Of a DNA stretch of 64,000 nucleotides, positions 44,405 through 60,349 are shown piece after piece (position 1 is the stretch's first letter; every line of letters begins with the position of its first letter). The notes under the pieces are model-generated. The model made no database searches, was not told the DNA's origin, and saw only the letters and a program-made list of their open reading frames with translations. The position numbers were made by a program, and so were the translations under genes. Origin of the DNA: the human T2T-CHM13v2.0 reference genome, Homo sapiens; assembly GCF_009914755.1 (NCBI RefSeq), contig NC_060946.1; one strand, written 5' to 3'.

Positions 44405-45109
44405 CAGTACTCCCAGACTGCACCCAAACAATGCTCCCGGACTGTACACAAACAGTGTCCCAGACTGCACCCAAACAGTGCTCCCGGACTACACCCAAGC
44501 AGTACTCCCAGAATGCACCCAAACGGTGCTCCCGGACTGTACACAAACAGTGCTCCCAGACTGCACCCAAAGAGTGCTCTCGGACTGCACCCAAACAGTG
44601 CTCCCGGACTGCACCCAAACAGTGCTCCTGGGCTGCACCCAGTGCTCCCGCATTGTACCCAAACAGTGCTCCTGGGCTGCACCCAAACAGTGCTCCCGCA
44701 TTGTACCCAAACAGTGCTCCCGGACTACACCCAAACAGTGCTCCCGGACTGCACCCTAACAGCGCTCCCGGACTGCACCCTAACAGTGCTCCCGGATTAC
44801 ACCCAAACAGTGCTCCCGGATTGTACCCAAACAGTGCTCCTGGACTGCACCCAAACAGTGCTCCTGGACTGCACCCAAACAGTGCTCCCGGACTGCACCC
44901 AAACAGTGCTCCCGGACTGCACCCAAACAGTGATCTCAGACTGCACCCAAACAGTGCTCCCTGACTGTACACAAACAGTGCTCCCGGACTGCACCCAGAC
45001 AGTGCTCCCGGACTGCACCCAAACAGTGCTCCTGGGCTGCACCCAAACAGTGCTCTCGGACTGCACCCAAACAGTGCTCTCGGACTGCACCTAAACAGTG
45101 CTCCTGGAC
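44405..45109. repeat. 24-bp minisatellite (consensus CAGTGCTCCCGGACTGCACCCAAA), about 29.5 copies
   Basis: Units counted manually; 8-aa periodicity (APGLHPNS) in the ORF track. Confidence 0.97.
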
Positions 45110-45194
45110 CACAACTGCTTATCACTATGCTGAGTTGCTTTGGGTGACACAATGATGCAGGTGAAACCATGGGAGTGGATGGGATTGTCTAAAG

Positions 45195-46245
<1,051 letters not shown>

Positions 46246-47207
46246 AGGGATCTGTGGACAGTGAGAAAGAGAGAGGGGGCAAGGTCAGAACCGTAGGGCA
46301 CATGGATGCTCAAGGGAAGGGTGGAAGAGGAGCTTGCAAAGGAGCCTGGGAAAGCCTGGCTGGAGACAAAGGAGGAAAGGCAGCCAGCATGGTGTCCCTG
46401 AAAGTGACGTAAAGTTTGTGTGTTAAGAGATGGGTACAACAGTGACACAACCCGGAGGAGAGCAAGCAAAACAAGGGGCTGAAGACTTTATCAGGATTTT
46501 CTATTTGGAGGTCATGAATTATCTTTGCCAGACCAAACTTTGTGGAGTGGTGGGAGCTGATTCAGGGAGCTGGAGAGAATGGAGACAACTACAGGCTCCT
46601 TTTTAAGAAACTTGGCTGAGAAGGTAGGTAAAGGGGTACAAGGGCTCAGCAAAGACTTATTTATTCTTTTCAAATCTAAATGAGACTTGAACATTCTTTA
46701 GTGTTGAAAGATGCCCTTCAGAAAGCAACATTGAGCGCCAGGAGTGAGAAGAAACGGACAGGTAGCCAAGTCCTAGAGGCTATGATGGAAATGAGAGCCA
46801 GAACTCAGAGGTAAAATGAAATCTACAAAGGAGAAAAGACTCCACTGAGATGGGAAAGAAGGTGTGGGGGCAGGCAGAGGTGCAGGAAGATGAACTTTGA
46901 TACAGGGGAATGGATTCTCTTCTTTGATGGGAAGGACGTGGGGCTTGAAGAGAGCAGCAAAGTTCTGGAAATGCCACAGTGAGACTGGGAAAGGTAACTG
47001 ACTAGGGAGATGTAAAAGCTTCACCAGGACCCACTAGGGCCCTGCTGGGGTTGGAGATGAGGCATTTGTAGTAGGAGCATGAGATCAGTGATGAGGTTTT
47101 CTCCAACTGTGCTCAGCAGTGTCAGTTTAGGAAAGGAGAAGGCCCATCGGTGGATTGATTCAAGGTTGAGTGTTCTAGGGCAGGTGCAATAGAACGATGA
47201 CGGAGAT

Positions 47208-47272
47208 CCTCCCTCCCTCCCTCCCTCCCTCCCTCCCTCCCTCCCTTCTTTCCTTCCTTCCTTCCTTCCTTC
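47208..47272. repeat. (CCCT)n(CCTT)n microsatellite
   Basis: Directly visible. Confidence 0.9.
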
Positions 47273-48329
47273 ACCAAAAATGTATTAAGGGACTGCTGTA
47301 TGCCAGGTACTCTGCTAGGTGGTGGAAATAGAACACAGAGCCAAAAGAGATTAAGATTCCCGCCTCCATGGAGCTTATGGCAATGGTTTTCTGCAAATTC
47401 TCAATTGGTCCTTAATATGGAAGGGGAAGAAAAGGGTTATGTATTGGGCCTCAGAACATTAGCTAAAAAATTGGGATGGACTGATACATTTCACATGTGG
47501 AGCTGGCATGGTCTACTGTGTGGTCGGGGAGAGGGTGGCTACTTTGGACAGTGGATACCAATCTTGAAGTCATGGAAGTAGGGATTATCATCCACATATC
47601 CCCAGATGGGGTTGACGAGCCTCAGAGGCAGCACGTGACCAGCCCGAGGTCACACAGCCAGGAAGTGGGAAGATTGTCTGGGCCCAGAGTCTGCTGTTTT
47701 TACTTTCCTATACTCCCAAGCTGATGAAACCCCAGGAAGAGGAGGTTTATTGAACTCCTTGCGGGTATAGGTTCCCTGCCTCCCTCCTCCTTCTCTTGCC
47801 AACCCTGATTTGGGCCAGAGCCATGGCCATTTTATGCATCAGTGTTGTTTGGAGGGGGAAGCTTGCTAATGAGGATGATCCCCAGTTTCAGAAGGGACCG
47901 GACGGTCACAGCTGCATAAAGTCCTCTGGATGATTAAAGCTCCTCACGGGACAGGCAAGGCTGTTAGAATCTTCCTGGAGTTGACAGGCAAAAGCACAGC
48001 CAGACCTTTGCTCCTAGCTGCTGTGGAGAGCTGTGCCTCTGGGAGGTCCTGAATGACACCAGCCTGGGCTCCCTGTACCTTTGCTCTTGTTTCCTTCCTG
48101 GAATGCTCTCCTTGCTCCTCTACCTAATTCCTACTCATTCCTCAAAACCCTAAAACTCAGTTCCTCCTCCAGCTCCTAGGAATTTCTCTTTCCTCCTCTG
48201 GACTTCCACAGGGCTTTGTATTTAGTCTACAAATATTTATTGAGGGTACTGTGCTAGGCATTGGGAATACAGTCATAAATAAGACAGGTATATTCTAGTC
48301 AGGGAAATGGAAAACAAATAAGCAGATAG

Positions 48330-48625
48330 TGTCTTGGGTCCATTGGGGTTGCTCTAACAAAATACCATAAACTGGGTGGCTTATAAAGGACAGAAACGTA
48401 TTTCTTACTGTTCTGGAGGCTGGGAAGTCCAAGGTCAAGGTGGATTCAGTGTCTGGTGAGGCCCTGATTTATTCCTGTAACCTCACAGGATGGAAGGGAC
48501 AAACAAGCTCCCAGGGCCTATTTTAGAAAGACACTAATCCCATTCCTCAGGGATCTGCCCTCATGACCTCCCGAAGGCTCCACCTCCTAATTCCATCACC
48601 TTGGGGGGTAGGACTTTAGCATATA
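48330..48625. mobile_element. MLT1A-family LTR
   Basis: aacaaaataccataaactgggtggcttataa...gttctggaggctgggaagtccaag. Confidence 0.75.
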
Positions 48626-49103
48626 ACATATTTTAACATATCTGTAGCAGACAGATAGGTGGATACCTAGCTAGCTAGGTTGGTAACAAATTGGTAGAAA
48701 ATAGCTAGTTTGCAAAGACTTTGAAAGACACAACCGGAGAGTGTCCTAGGGGATGTATTACTTTGTATTGCCTGAATACTGAGGGGCCTCCTGAAGCTAA
48801 TCAATCAGGCTGGGTTTGTAGAATTCCATTTGATGGGTGTTTAGGCTGCACTATGACACACATTCTTCCCATGCAAGTCACAAAGTTGTTAGAGGAATCA
48901 GAAGAAATTTTGCAGGCAGCACAATGCAAGTATATAGATGACGGGGTCAGGATGGTCTAGATTCACATCCTAGCTTAGGGACTTACAAATGCCATGATTT
49001 GGAATGAGTTCTTAAGTCTTTCTGGGGTTCAATTTCCTCATGTGTAAAATGGAGATGATAATATTTATACTCACCCTCAGAGAGTTGGGAGGATTAGAAA
49101 TTC

Positions 49104-49147
49104 TATCTACCTAATTCTTTCTTTCTATCTATCTCTATGCATCCAAA

Positions 49148-49208
<61 letters not shown>

Positions 49209-49307
49209 CACCTATCTATATAAAATCTATCTATCTATCTCTATCCATCCAAAATATATCTATCTATCCATCTATACCTATCTAAAATCTATCTATCTCC
49301 ATCCAAA

Positions 49308-49356
<49 letters not shown>

Positions 49357-49441
49357 CTCTATCTATCTAAAATCTATCAATTGATCTAAAATCTATCTGT
49401 ATCTAAAATGTATCATCTATCTATATCTATCTAAAATCAAT

Positions 49442-49496
<55 letters not shown>

Positions 49497-49510
49497 AAAT
49501 CTATCTATTT
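49104..49510. repeat. Compound (TCTA)n/GATA microsatellite with a terminal (TC)n(TA)n
   Basis: (TCTA)15 at 49149-49208 and (TCTA)11 at 49309-49352. Confidence 0.95.
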
Positions 49511-52149
49511 CTTCTAGGTGATGGTTATTATTGCATGCATAAGAGTTTTAAAAATACGAAATACTCCACAAATGGAAGGTATGGCTTTGAGCATGGTTTG
49601 GGAGTCAGGCTTTACTACTTCCTAACTATGTGACCTTGGGACATTTCTTAACTTCTCTAAACCTTAATTTTCTCATCCGTAAAATGGGGTTTGTAATAGT
49701 ACCTGCTTCACAGAGTTACTGTGAAGATTTAGAAGTAAACTGGCCCAATGATTTGAACAGTGCCAGGCACAAAGCAACGAATGTTAGCTGTTTGTCATTA
49801 ACCGTAAGCACCTTTATCAAAAAGGTATCTAGAGATTTTGTAAAGTCCAGGATACATTAATAGCATTAAAGCTATTGTCCTCATTTTTCTGGCCCCGATG
49901 GCTTACGTTTTCTGGGCATGGACACCCCTCTCCCAGTCCTCTGAAAAGTGTTTTTAGTACGGGCCATGCTGAGGGTGTGTTAGGTGCCACAATGGCTGGA
50001 CTTATCTTGCTCATGCATAGCTTCCGAGGTCGATTAAACATGGTATTTAACCAACCTCCCTCCACACACACTGCCTTCTAGGGAGGACTGGAAAGCCTGC
50101 TGACTGTCCTGCAGGACTTGGGAGGGGTTTGTCTATATCCAAAAGACAGACAGTGGAGGAGGATGCTGAGCGTGGGGTCCCGCCAGGGGATGGCTAGACT
50201 CCTTGTCTGTCTGGCTCCCTTGTGAAATACTGGGAAATTAAAGGCCATTGTAAACATTTCCCAAAAGCAGTAAAGATTTTTTTATGCAGATGGGGATGTG
50301 ACTCACTTTACCAAAGTTAAAGGGTCTAGAGCGTTGTGCTGAGGTTAGGAAGAATTGGAGGTTTTTGTTTTCTGATTAAAACATTGAATTTTAATTTTGG
50401 AGTTGAAGCTGTGCATGTTTCTCTCCCAGGTAGATCTGGGAGTAGGGAAAGGGGGTGTAGTAGGGTCGGGGGAGGAGTCTCAGGAGGGAGGGAGAGGGTG
50501 GGGTGCTGAGAAGTGTGCTCTGAGTATGCCGCATTTAGCAACTCTACCCTTATAGAAAAAACAGCTTAGAATCTCAGTGTGAAGGGACGTGAGTTGGCAT
50601 CTGGTCAACCCTCTCATTTTGCAGCTGAGGCACACAGGGAGGAGCAGGTAGCTTGGATAGGGTTACTTACCCATGAGCCAAAGACCAACACTGGCTTCAA
50701 GCCTGCTCAGCACTGGGATGCTGACTTCTCTCTACCAGTGACCCACAATGCGTGACACTGGTGGCCCACAGGATGATTTAGGGGGGACACAAATGAACAT
50801 GGATAATTTTAACAGTTAGATATTTATTTCAAGGTGTATTAGGAAAAATTATCTGGCCCATAAAACTCATAATCTATGGTAGTGATACAAAACACCATTT
50901 AAAAATATATTTAAGCAGAGCAAGAGGGAATTGTGTGTGTGTGTGTTTCTAAAATGTTGGCTAAATAACAGAATGGGTGACCTGTAGGGTGTCCTAAATC
51001 ATGACCACAGTCCACTCCATCTTTAGGGCTTTTGGTGCTACAGGAGGCAGTCTGAGGAAGGCCTTTCAGGCTCTCCTAGAGTTTTAAGTCTGAGAAGGAG
51101 CAAACTTCCCCAGAGCATCCCCCCTCCCCTTCTCATCCTCCTTTCTTCTCCATTTCTCTCCTCCTTTGACTTTGTCTTCTTCCTTTCCATCCCCAGTGCC
51201 CAGAACAACCAGTAGGCAGCGGGAGTGGCTGGCCCTGGGTTGCTCTGGGAGGTCAGGATCTGCCTCACTCTACCCATTCCAGGAGCTTGGATTTATGTGG
51301 CACCCTGGCCACCAGGGGCAAAGCCTCAGGCCTTTTGCTCATCCTATCTCCAGGCATGTTAAGCTCACTCCATCTATCATTTTGGCCAGGGCTTCCTAAC
51401 CTGTGAAGCAACTCAGCCTAAGCTATTAATGGGTTATAGTGGATAAATATGTAACAAGCAACCTCCTCCCACAACCCTTGACCTATGGCGATGGTACCTT
51501 AATACACCTTCAAGTCCTTCTCCCAAAGTCATAATTAAAAAATAAAACCAAAAGACTATGAAAGGTGGCACTGTTTATGTGTGGGTTCTAGCTAGGGTTA
51601 AAATAAAATGAATGAAAGTTCTTCTCTGCCAGCCTTCCTAAGAACAGCAACTGCAGGGGACTGACTTCGAGAGTCTTATCTATTGAGTGTCTTCTAGAAT
51701 CAAACCCTTCATGAAGGCATCAGCTTTGTTTTGTTCACCACTGCATCCTCAGTGCCCAGAACACTGCCTGGCACTGGGTAGGGGTTTAGTTGGTATTTGT
51801 TGAGTAAACTAATGAGAGTATCAGGCTGTGTGCTCGGTGTTGGCGCTCCAGTTGTGGTTTCTGCCCTTAAGGTCTAGCCCAGAAGAGGAAACTGCAGATG
51901 GTGAGATGGTGCAGTAAGATGGGGCTGTGCTAGGCCCAGAGCTCGCTCACAGGAGGGCATGAATCGCATCATGCTTGGGCAAGCAGAGGAGGCTTTAAGC
52001 GGGGAAGGTACTTAAGTTGGGTCTTGAAGTATGATTCTCAAGGGGAAGGTAGGCTATGACGTGATCTGAGGTGTATAAAGTACAGGTAGGTTTGGGAGAG
52101 CTTGGCTTAAAGAGGAGTTACCATTTCTGCCCCTGGAGTCAGATTCTGG

Positions 52150-52769
52150 CTCCTTCCTTCCTTTCCTTCCTTCCTTCCCCCCTCCCTCCCTCCCTCCTTC
52201 CTTCCTTCCCTCCCTTACTCCCTTCCCTTCCTTCCGTCCCTCCCTTCCTTCCTTCCTTCCCTTACTTCCCTTCCACCCTCCCTCCCATCTTTCCTTCCTT
52301 CCCTCCCTCCCTCCTGTCTTTCCTTCCTTCTTCCTTCCTTCCTTCCCTCCCTCCTTTCCTTCCTTCCTTCCTCCTTCCTTCCCTCCTTTCCTTCCTTCCT
52401 TCTCTCCTCCTTTCCTTCCTTCTCTCCCCCTTCCTTCCCTCCCTTCCTCCCTCCCTTCCTTCTTTTCCTTCCCTTCCCTTCTCTTCCTTCCTTCCCCCTT
52501 CCTTCCCTTCTTCCTTAGCTCCTTCTCTTCATTTCCTTCCTTCCTTCCCCTTTTCCTCCCTCCCTCCTTCTTCCCTCCCTCCCTTCCTGCCTTTCCTTCC
52601 CTCCCTCCCTCCTTCCTTTCCTCCCTTCCTTCCTTCTTTCTCCTTCCCTCCCTTCCTTTTCTTCCTTCCTTCCTCCCTCCCTTTCTCTTTCCTCCCTTCC
52701 TTCTTTCTTTTTTCTCTCTCCTTCTCTTTCCTTCCTTCTCTTCTCTTCTCTCTCTCTTTTTTTCCTTCT
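52150..52769. repeat. ~620-bp polypyrimidine/polypurine (CCTT/GGAA-type) tract, followed by an antisense Alu fragment (52770-52915)
   Basis: Only about ten purines on the plus strand across the whole tract. Confidence 0.95.
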
Positions 52770-53130
52770 GACACAGCATCTCACTTTGTCACCCAGGCTG
52801 GAGTACAATGGTGCAATGATAGCTCACCGCAGCCTTGACCCCCTGGGCTCAAGCAATCCTCCTGCCTCAGTCTCCCAAAGTGTCAGAATTATAGATGGGA
52901 GCCACTATATCTGGCTCTCTGGCCATTTCTGACAATACACCAGCCCCAGGACTTCAGCAACTCCAGCTCGTGTCTTCCACTCCTCTGTTCCCCATCTCAC
53001 TCTCACTGGCCCTCCTTGGCTCCAGCCAAAGTTATCAGGGCCTTGCGTTGCCACTGCGGGTGTTTGTTTTCAGATGATAGCATTCGAGGGGGCTCGACTC
53101 AAGAACACCAACCATGGATAAGGGCTGGAA

Positions 53131-53333
53131 GCAATGGTGTCCCGGAGCTGGCTCAGACTTGCTTATAAGAGGTGATTGTTAAATATTTAGACATCTTGTC
53201 AGCCAGTTATTAGATCATTGTTAGGTTGAAATCATTTGTGGTGGAAATATTTATACCCCAGAAACTGGCAAACACAACATATTAGGGTTCCCCCCTGTTT
53301 TCCCCAGAGAGCCAGTTTGCCAGCACACCACTG
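53131..53333. mobile_element. MER63A-like hAT-Blackjack element
   Basis: caatggtgt...ccagcacaccactgg termini; gagagccagtt internal motif. Confidence 0.65.
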
Positions 53334-53813
53334 GCTGGAAGACAGTTTATGACTGTTTTCAGTATTCCAGGTAAGGATATGACATGTTGCACAAATGGCT
53401 TGATTGTCATTTTGTTAAAATAAAATATTTAAAAGCTTGACTTTAAAGCATCCAAAAAGGACACTCAAATGTTCCACACACATGAGCTGCCTGGGTGACC
53501 TTTTCTGGTGCAATCCTCAGAATAAGGCCTCTCCTTCCATCTTGGTTTATTTGGAGATTGCAGAGAAAGCCGGTAAAATACTGGTGATTTTGTCAACACT
53601 ATGCTATTCAAGGACACAAAATAGAAAGGGAAGTTGGGTGCTGAGGCTAATATAGGACTGAGTTCATCAAAAGGGCCTTATTGTTCTCTTGATGAACTCT
53701 ATCATACATGTTGTAAATGAAAAGTTATTGAATAAAATTACAGCTAATCTAATGCTACTTTTATCCATGATTTCAAGTTTCCTGTAGGATTTCATGCAAA
53801 AGGAGAGTTTTGA

Positions 53814-54658
<845 letters not shown>

Positions 54659-57600
54659 TCACCATCGTGTTCGATGCCAACAGCACCTGAACACAACCCA
54701 CGCTTGCTAGTGTTTCATAACATGCACCTACAGGGGCTAATGTGGTTTAGCCTTGCTGGTTTCTCTGACCTCATCTCCTACCACTTGCCCCCTCCCTCTC
54801 TCTTTTACTTCCTAGAACTCACCAAGCTCAGTGTTGCCTCAGGGACTTTGCCCTTGGTACTCCCTCTGCCTGCAAAGCTCTCGCTGCAGCCAGTCCCATA
54901 GCTAGGCAGCGCCTTCTCATGATCTGAATAGCTGATGGATCATCCCATCTAAAGCAGCCCATCTGTTACTCCCAGTCATATGCTATTGCATTACTCTGTT
55001 TTGTGTTTTTCCTCGCACTTAGCACTGTCTGAAATTATTTTGTATTAATAGTTTTCTATACCCTCCAAAATAATAAGCAAAATATGGGCTCTATGAGAGT
55101 AGGGACTTGGTCTTTTAAACTCGCAAATGTATTCCCTGCTCCTTGCACACTAGCAGGTGTTTAGGAACAATTTACTGAATGAATAAAGGGATGCTGACCC
55201 TGGTACCTAGGCCCTCTTTTGACCTAAGCGGGTGGTTTTCAAACTGAATTCTATGGAGGGAATGGCGCCATGCCGGGAGCCCGGCTGGGTGGGTCTCTAG
55301 ATCTCTTTTCTTTTTTCATTCAGAACAGCTCCACTAGGATCTGTTTAATATACTAAGTGTTTTCATTGTTCATTGGACAAAGGGCTCAAAGTCAAAAGAG
55401 CAAAGCCAGGTCACTGTTGAGGAAGCATTGGGTGGAAGGTTGGACGCCACATCTTTGGAAGTCCTCTTTAACCCCAATACTTGTGATTCCATGAATGGGA
55501 CACAAGTCGAGTCAGCTTTGATATTGAGATGCGGTGGCAAGAAGAGAAGGACCATGACAGACGTGTTCTGGCGAGGGAGTGGGTGGGGGTTCCCCAAGCA
55601 TGGGGGTGGGGGTCTTCCAGAGGGCGGCAGCCTGGTTCTAAGTTCTTCCTGCAGCTGCCTCAGCTACCTGCCCCTGAGTCATGACCTGCGATGCACTGGC
55701 TGATGCTTTTAGCTGAGGCCACATTTGAGGATCCAGCATTTTCCGACCACAACTTTAAACATAATGTTTGCTCCTCCACTCACCAAGAGAGCAACGGTCT
55801 TGCTCTCTGCGGTCTCATTAAATAGGATTCTATTTTCACAGCACTCACTTTTAGGACATTCTTATTTGCTGTTCCAGGCTCTCGGAGAGGCAGCCCAAGA
55901 GGCGCTGCTGCTAAAATGACTCTGGGCACGGTAGAGATGGGGAGATACGGAAATGAATAGCAGCTTTGTTTATTTGGCATGGGACCAGGCAAGAGGAGCT
56001 ATATTAAAAAATAAATAAAGTTCCCCTTCTTTCCTCAAGACAAAAAACAAAACAAAACAAACAAAAAAAAACAAACCTATTCCGGCTGCGTGGCCAACAA
56101 CACAATTTCCCTCACAGAACAGAACAGATGTGAGTACATTGAGATTAACTTTGTAGGAAGAAATTTAAAAAAATAAAATAATGATGAGCGGTCGTGGGAT
56201 AGGGCTGGTGAGGGGGTAATATCAAGAGTATTTGAGATGCCCTCATTAGGAAGCCGGAAATAAAATGAAGCAATGGCCTGAGTATGGTTCTATCGACATA
56301 TAGACACTCTGAGGCACCCACATATCCACAGGGCTCCCAAGTATTCCTGATTCCCTCTCTCGCAGACCTGGCTTGAGGTCTTCCCACAGTGGGGAAGAGA
56401 TAATAACTATTAATAGTATGGCCATTCTCTGAGCATTCACCATGTGCCAAGCTCTGTGCCGAGTATCCCGTGCACACCATAATGGATGTAATTCACCATT
56501 CTTCCCACTGGCTTCGCTTGTCTGAGCTTCAGTTTTCCCTTCTGTAAATGGGTTTAATCAGATTACCTACCCCAGAGAGCTGCTGTGACAACTGAGTAGG
56601 AAAACGCACATGAACTACGAAGCACAGGGCCTGGCACCTAGTATGCGGTCAATAAATACACGGTTTATGATGGTGACTATTTTCCGTAAGGTATTTCAAA
56701 TTCAAAATGTTAAAACCTGAACCCATTCTCTTTCCCCTTCAAGCCATTTTTTCTTGATTGTACACTTCAGTAATGGAATCGTGATAATCTTGAGTTCTTT
56801 TCCCGCCTGGCACAGTCAGTTCCCAAATTCATTCAAGTCTGCCGTTTTTCATATCACTCGACTGCATCCTTATCTCATTCCTCACGGCCTTGCTTCCTGC
56901 CTGGGTACAAACCCTTATCATCTCTTCTCTGAACTGCCGCAGTTTCTTCCTAATGGGGCCCTAATCCCCCGCTTCCAACCCCCACCCCTCTCTTCTCTTC
57001 ACACCACTGCCAGGACGCCTTTTTTCCCTTATGAATCTGACCATGCCTATTCTTTGCTTGAAACCCACCAGTGGGTCTCTCTCACCAAGAAGATAAAGCC
57101 TGTATTCTAGAGTGTAGCATGAAACACTCTCATGATCTGGCCCCAGTCTCACTTTCTCTTCCTGGCCTCACTCCAGCCCAGGGCTTGTCCACACTGGCTT
57201 CACATTAGCATCACCAGGGGATAATACAATGCCAGCATCTGGGCCTTACTCCAGTCAATCACATTAGAGTCCCTGGGATTAGGCCCTGGGCAGAAGTGGA
57301 ATTTACAAGCTTCCCGGGTGCTTCGAATGCACTGCCAGGGTTAAGCATCGCTGCTTCCCCCCATTCTGAGCAGCTTGCTTGGGCCTTTATGCTTTTGTGT
57401 GTAGGTCCTGCTGTGTTGGACAGTTTGCTCTGCTTTTTCTACCTGCGATGTCTCCTTATCTTTGGAGACACAGCTGAAGTTTCCCACCTTTATGGAAGTC
57501 TTCCCTGGGACCCCCTCGAAGGGGCTCCTGTTGCCCATGACATTTCCTGCTATGACAATGTAATCATTTGCTTGCATGGCTAGATTCCTGCTAGAAAGGG

Positions 57601-58321
57601 ACCCCCTTGGGAGGCCCAATGTCCATTCATCTTTGGATCCTCACACTGTTGTGGTTGTCTAAGTACAGCGTCTACACACACTTACATGTTTTTTTGATAA
57701 ATGAAAATATCATTGGAGATTTGTCCTCCATCATGACTCTAACTGGATTCTCAGCTCTTGGCTTATATTTCTGCTTTAGAGTTTATTCATTCTGCCTTGA
57801 TCACAGTACATTGTCTACATGATCTTCCTCCACCACCTGTCCTCACTCTGGGAGCTTATTTCCTACCACTTTTTACCTCAAGCACTCACTCCTGCTCCAT
57901 TGGCCTCCTCCCTGTTCCTTGACCTCCCTGTTCCTGCCCCAGGGCCTTCGTCTGTGCTGTTCCTTCTGCTGTCATGCCCTTCCTCCACATGTCCACATGA
58001 CTCACTCTCTCCTTCCTTTACATGGCACCTCACAGAAAGGCTTCTCTGATCACATTCGTCACACTCTGCCTCTTACTTGGTGTCTTTCTTTTTCAGAGCC
58101 CTTCTCATCTCCTGATATATGGAAGATTTATTTGTTTATTCTTTTCTTCATCTGCTTCCCTCCATAGCATGTAAGCTGCATGGGGCAGGGACTTGATTGT
58201 GTTTGATATTGCATCTCCAGTGCCTAGAATAGTGCCTGGCATGTACAAAGTGCCTGGATGCTATAAATACTTCTTCAATACACGAATGAATGAAGATGAT
58301 TTGCTTTCTAGTAAGCCAGTA

Positions 58322-58715
<394 letters not shown>

Positions 58716-58971
58716 GTCAAGCCAATATTTTTCAAACTGTGAGTTTGAAATTGGTCATCAAATCAACTTAATGGATCACAACCAACATTTTAAAAAATAA
58801 AATACACTAGAACTGAAGATATCACAATTCCTTGAACATAGTAAGGGCAAGTATTATTCTGTAAAACTTATCTTGGTCAATATACAGTATCTAGCAATCA
58901 GGTGGCAAGACAAAATGTATTCCTCATTGGGGTTTATTGTACACATTTTTGGAAAAGCATTGTGTTAGGCC

Positions 58972-59185
58972 AGAGATTGGCAAACGTTTCCTGTAAAGAG
59001 TCCAGTGGTAAATATTTTAGGCTTTGTAGGACATAAAAACTATTGAACTCTGATTTTGTAGTGTGAAAGTAGCCACAGACATTATGTGCACAAATAAGCA
59101 GGGCCATGTTATAATAAAACTTTATTAACAAAATCAGGTTGTGGGGCTAGATTTGGCCTGTGGGTGGTAGTTTGCCAAGCCCTGC
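58972..59185. mobile_element. MER58A-like hAT-Charlie MITE
   Basis: cagagattggcaaac...tagtttgccaagccctg termini. Confidence 0.75.
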
Positions 59186-59431
59186 GCTAGACTGTTGTCT
59201 AGCCTGTGACTATGTTTCATATGTGTAAATTCCCTTTATACAGGAGCTATGTCTTTTTCATCTCTGAATCTTAACCATGAGTGTGTCATCCCAGCATCTA
59301 ACCCATTGATTAAATATAACAAATGTTCATGAAATGTTTGCCAATATATTCAATGAACATTTATTGACTCCTTAACTCCAAACAGCTTGGCACCAAATCC
59401 ATCAGTATTTGTTGAATGAATGTAAGAGCCA

Positions 59432-59785
59432 TGTCTTAGTCTGTCTGGGCTGCCATAACAAAATATCTTAGACTGGATAATTCAGAAATTTATTGCTGAC
59501 AGCTCTGCAGGCTGGGAAGTCCAAGATCTAGGTGTCAGCAGATCAGTGTCTGATGAGGGCTTTATAGATGGTGACTTTTGCTGCATTCTCACACAGCGGA
59601 AGGGGCAAGGGAGCTCCCTCACACCTCCTACGTAAGGGCACTGATCCTATTCACGTGGGCAGAGTCCTCATGACTTAATCACTTCCCAGAGGAACCACCT
59701 CTTAATACTATCACATTGGGTATTAGGTTCCAACATATGAACCTAATAATATGTTTAGGAAGACACCAACATTCAGACCATGGCA
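59432..59785. mobile_element. MLT1A/MST-family MaLR LTR
   Basis: tgtcttagtctg...aacattcagaccatggca. Confidence 0.75.
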
Positions 59786-60349
59786 AGCCATTAGTCTCAA
59801 ATTCTCAAAAGCCTTTGCCCCTCCTCCAACCCTTCTGAAGATCAGGACTCAGAGCTCAAAGGTGTCCTTGCCCCAGCCGCTTGGGTCACTTGCTGCCAGG
59901 GGCCAGAAGGGGTGGTGGGAAGGTGATGGGAACAACAGGGTTTGATGGACTGTTTGGGGAACTGTCTAATTATCCTGCTTATCAGTGCTGGTTCCTTTTC
60001 TTAGCTCTTTCCCTTAATAAATGAAAACTCCTTCTGTTGTTATTGAGCTCCCGGGTCACTGATTCTTTTGAGTCATATAAACCACATGTTTATAGAGTTA
60101 CAGTGTGACCGTGAAATTGAATGGAGGGGAAGGGAGGCACCAGAGAAGTGTCAGCCTTGAAAGGCAACACTTTCTCTTCCCAGGCTTCTGCTCATTGTGT
60201 AGGGCAAAGGACAGGGCTTTCCGCTGTCCAGGGCCCTGGCCTAGGCGGGGAGGGGAGCTGAGGTCACTGGGTACAGCTTGTGCGTCCACAGAGCTTACAG
60301 CCTGGTTGGGGAGGGAGATGGCCAGGCTCAGAGTTGAAGATGACCTAGA

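Noticed and set aside
44314-45170. Long repetitive ORFs (APGLHPNS, TVLPDCTQ, CSPGALFG); superficially CRISPR-like array
   Set aside because: Products of a 24-bp tandem repeat with no unique spacers; eukaryotic intron; no coding evidence.
52054-52838. 241-aa K/E/G/R-rich and 255-aa P/S/F/L-rich ORFs
   Set aside because: Translation of a purine/pyrimidine simple repeat.
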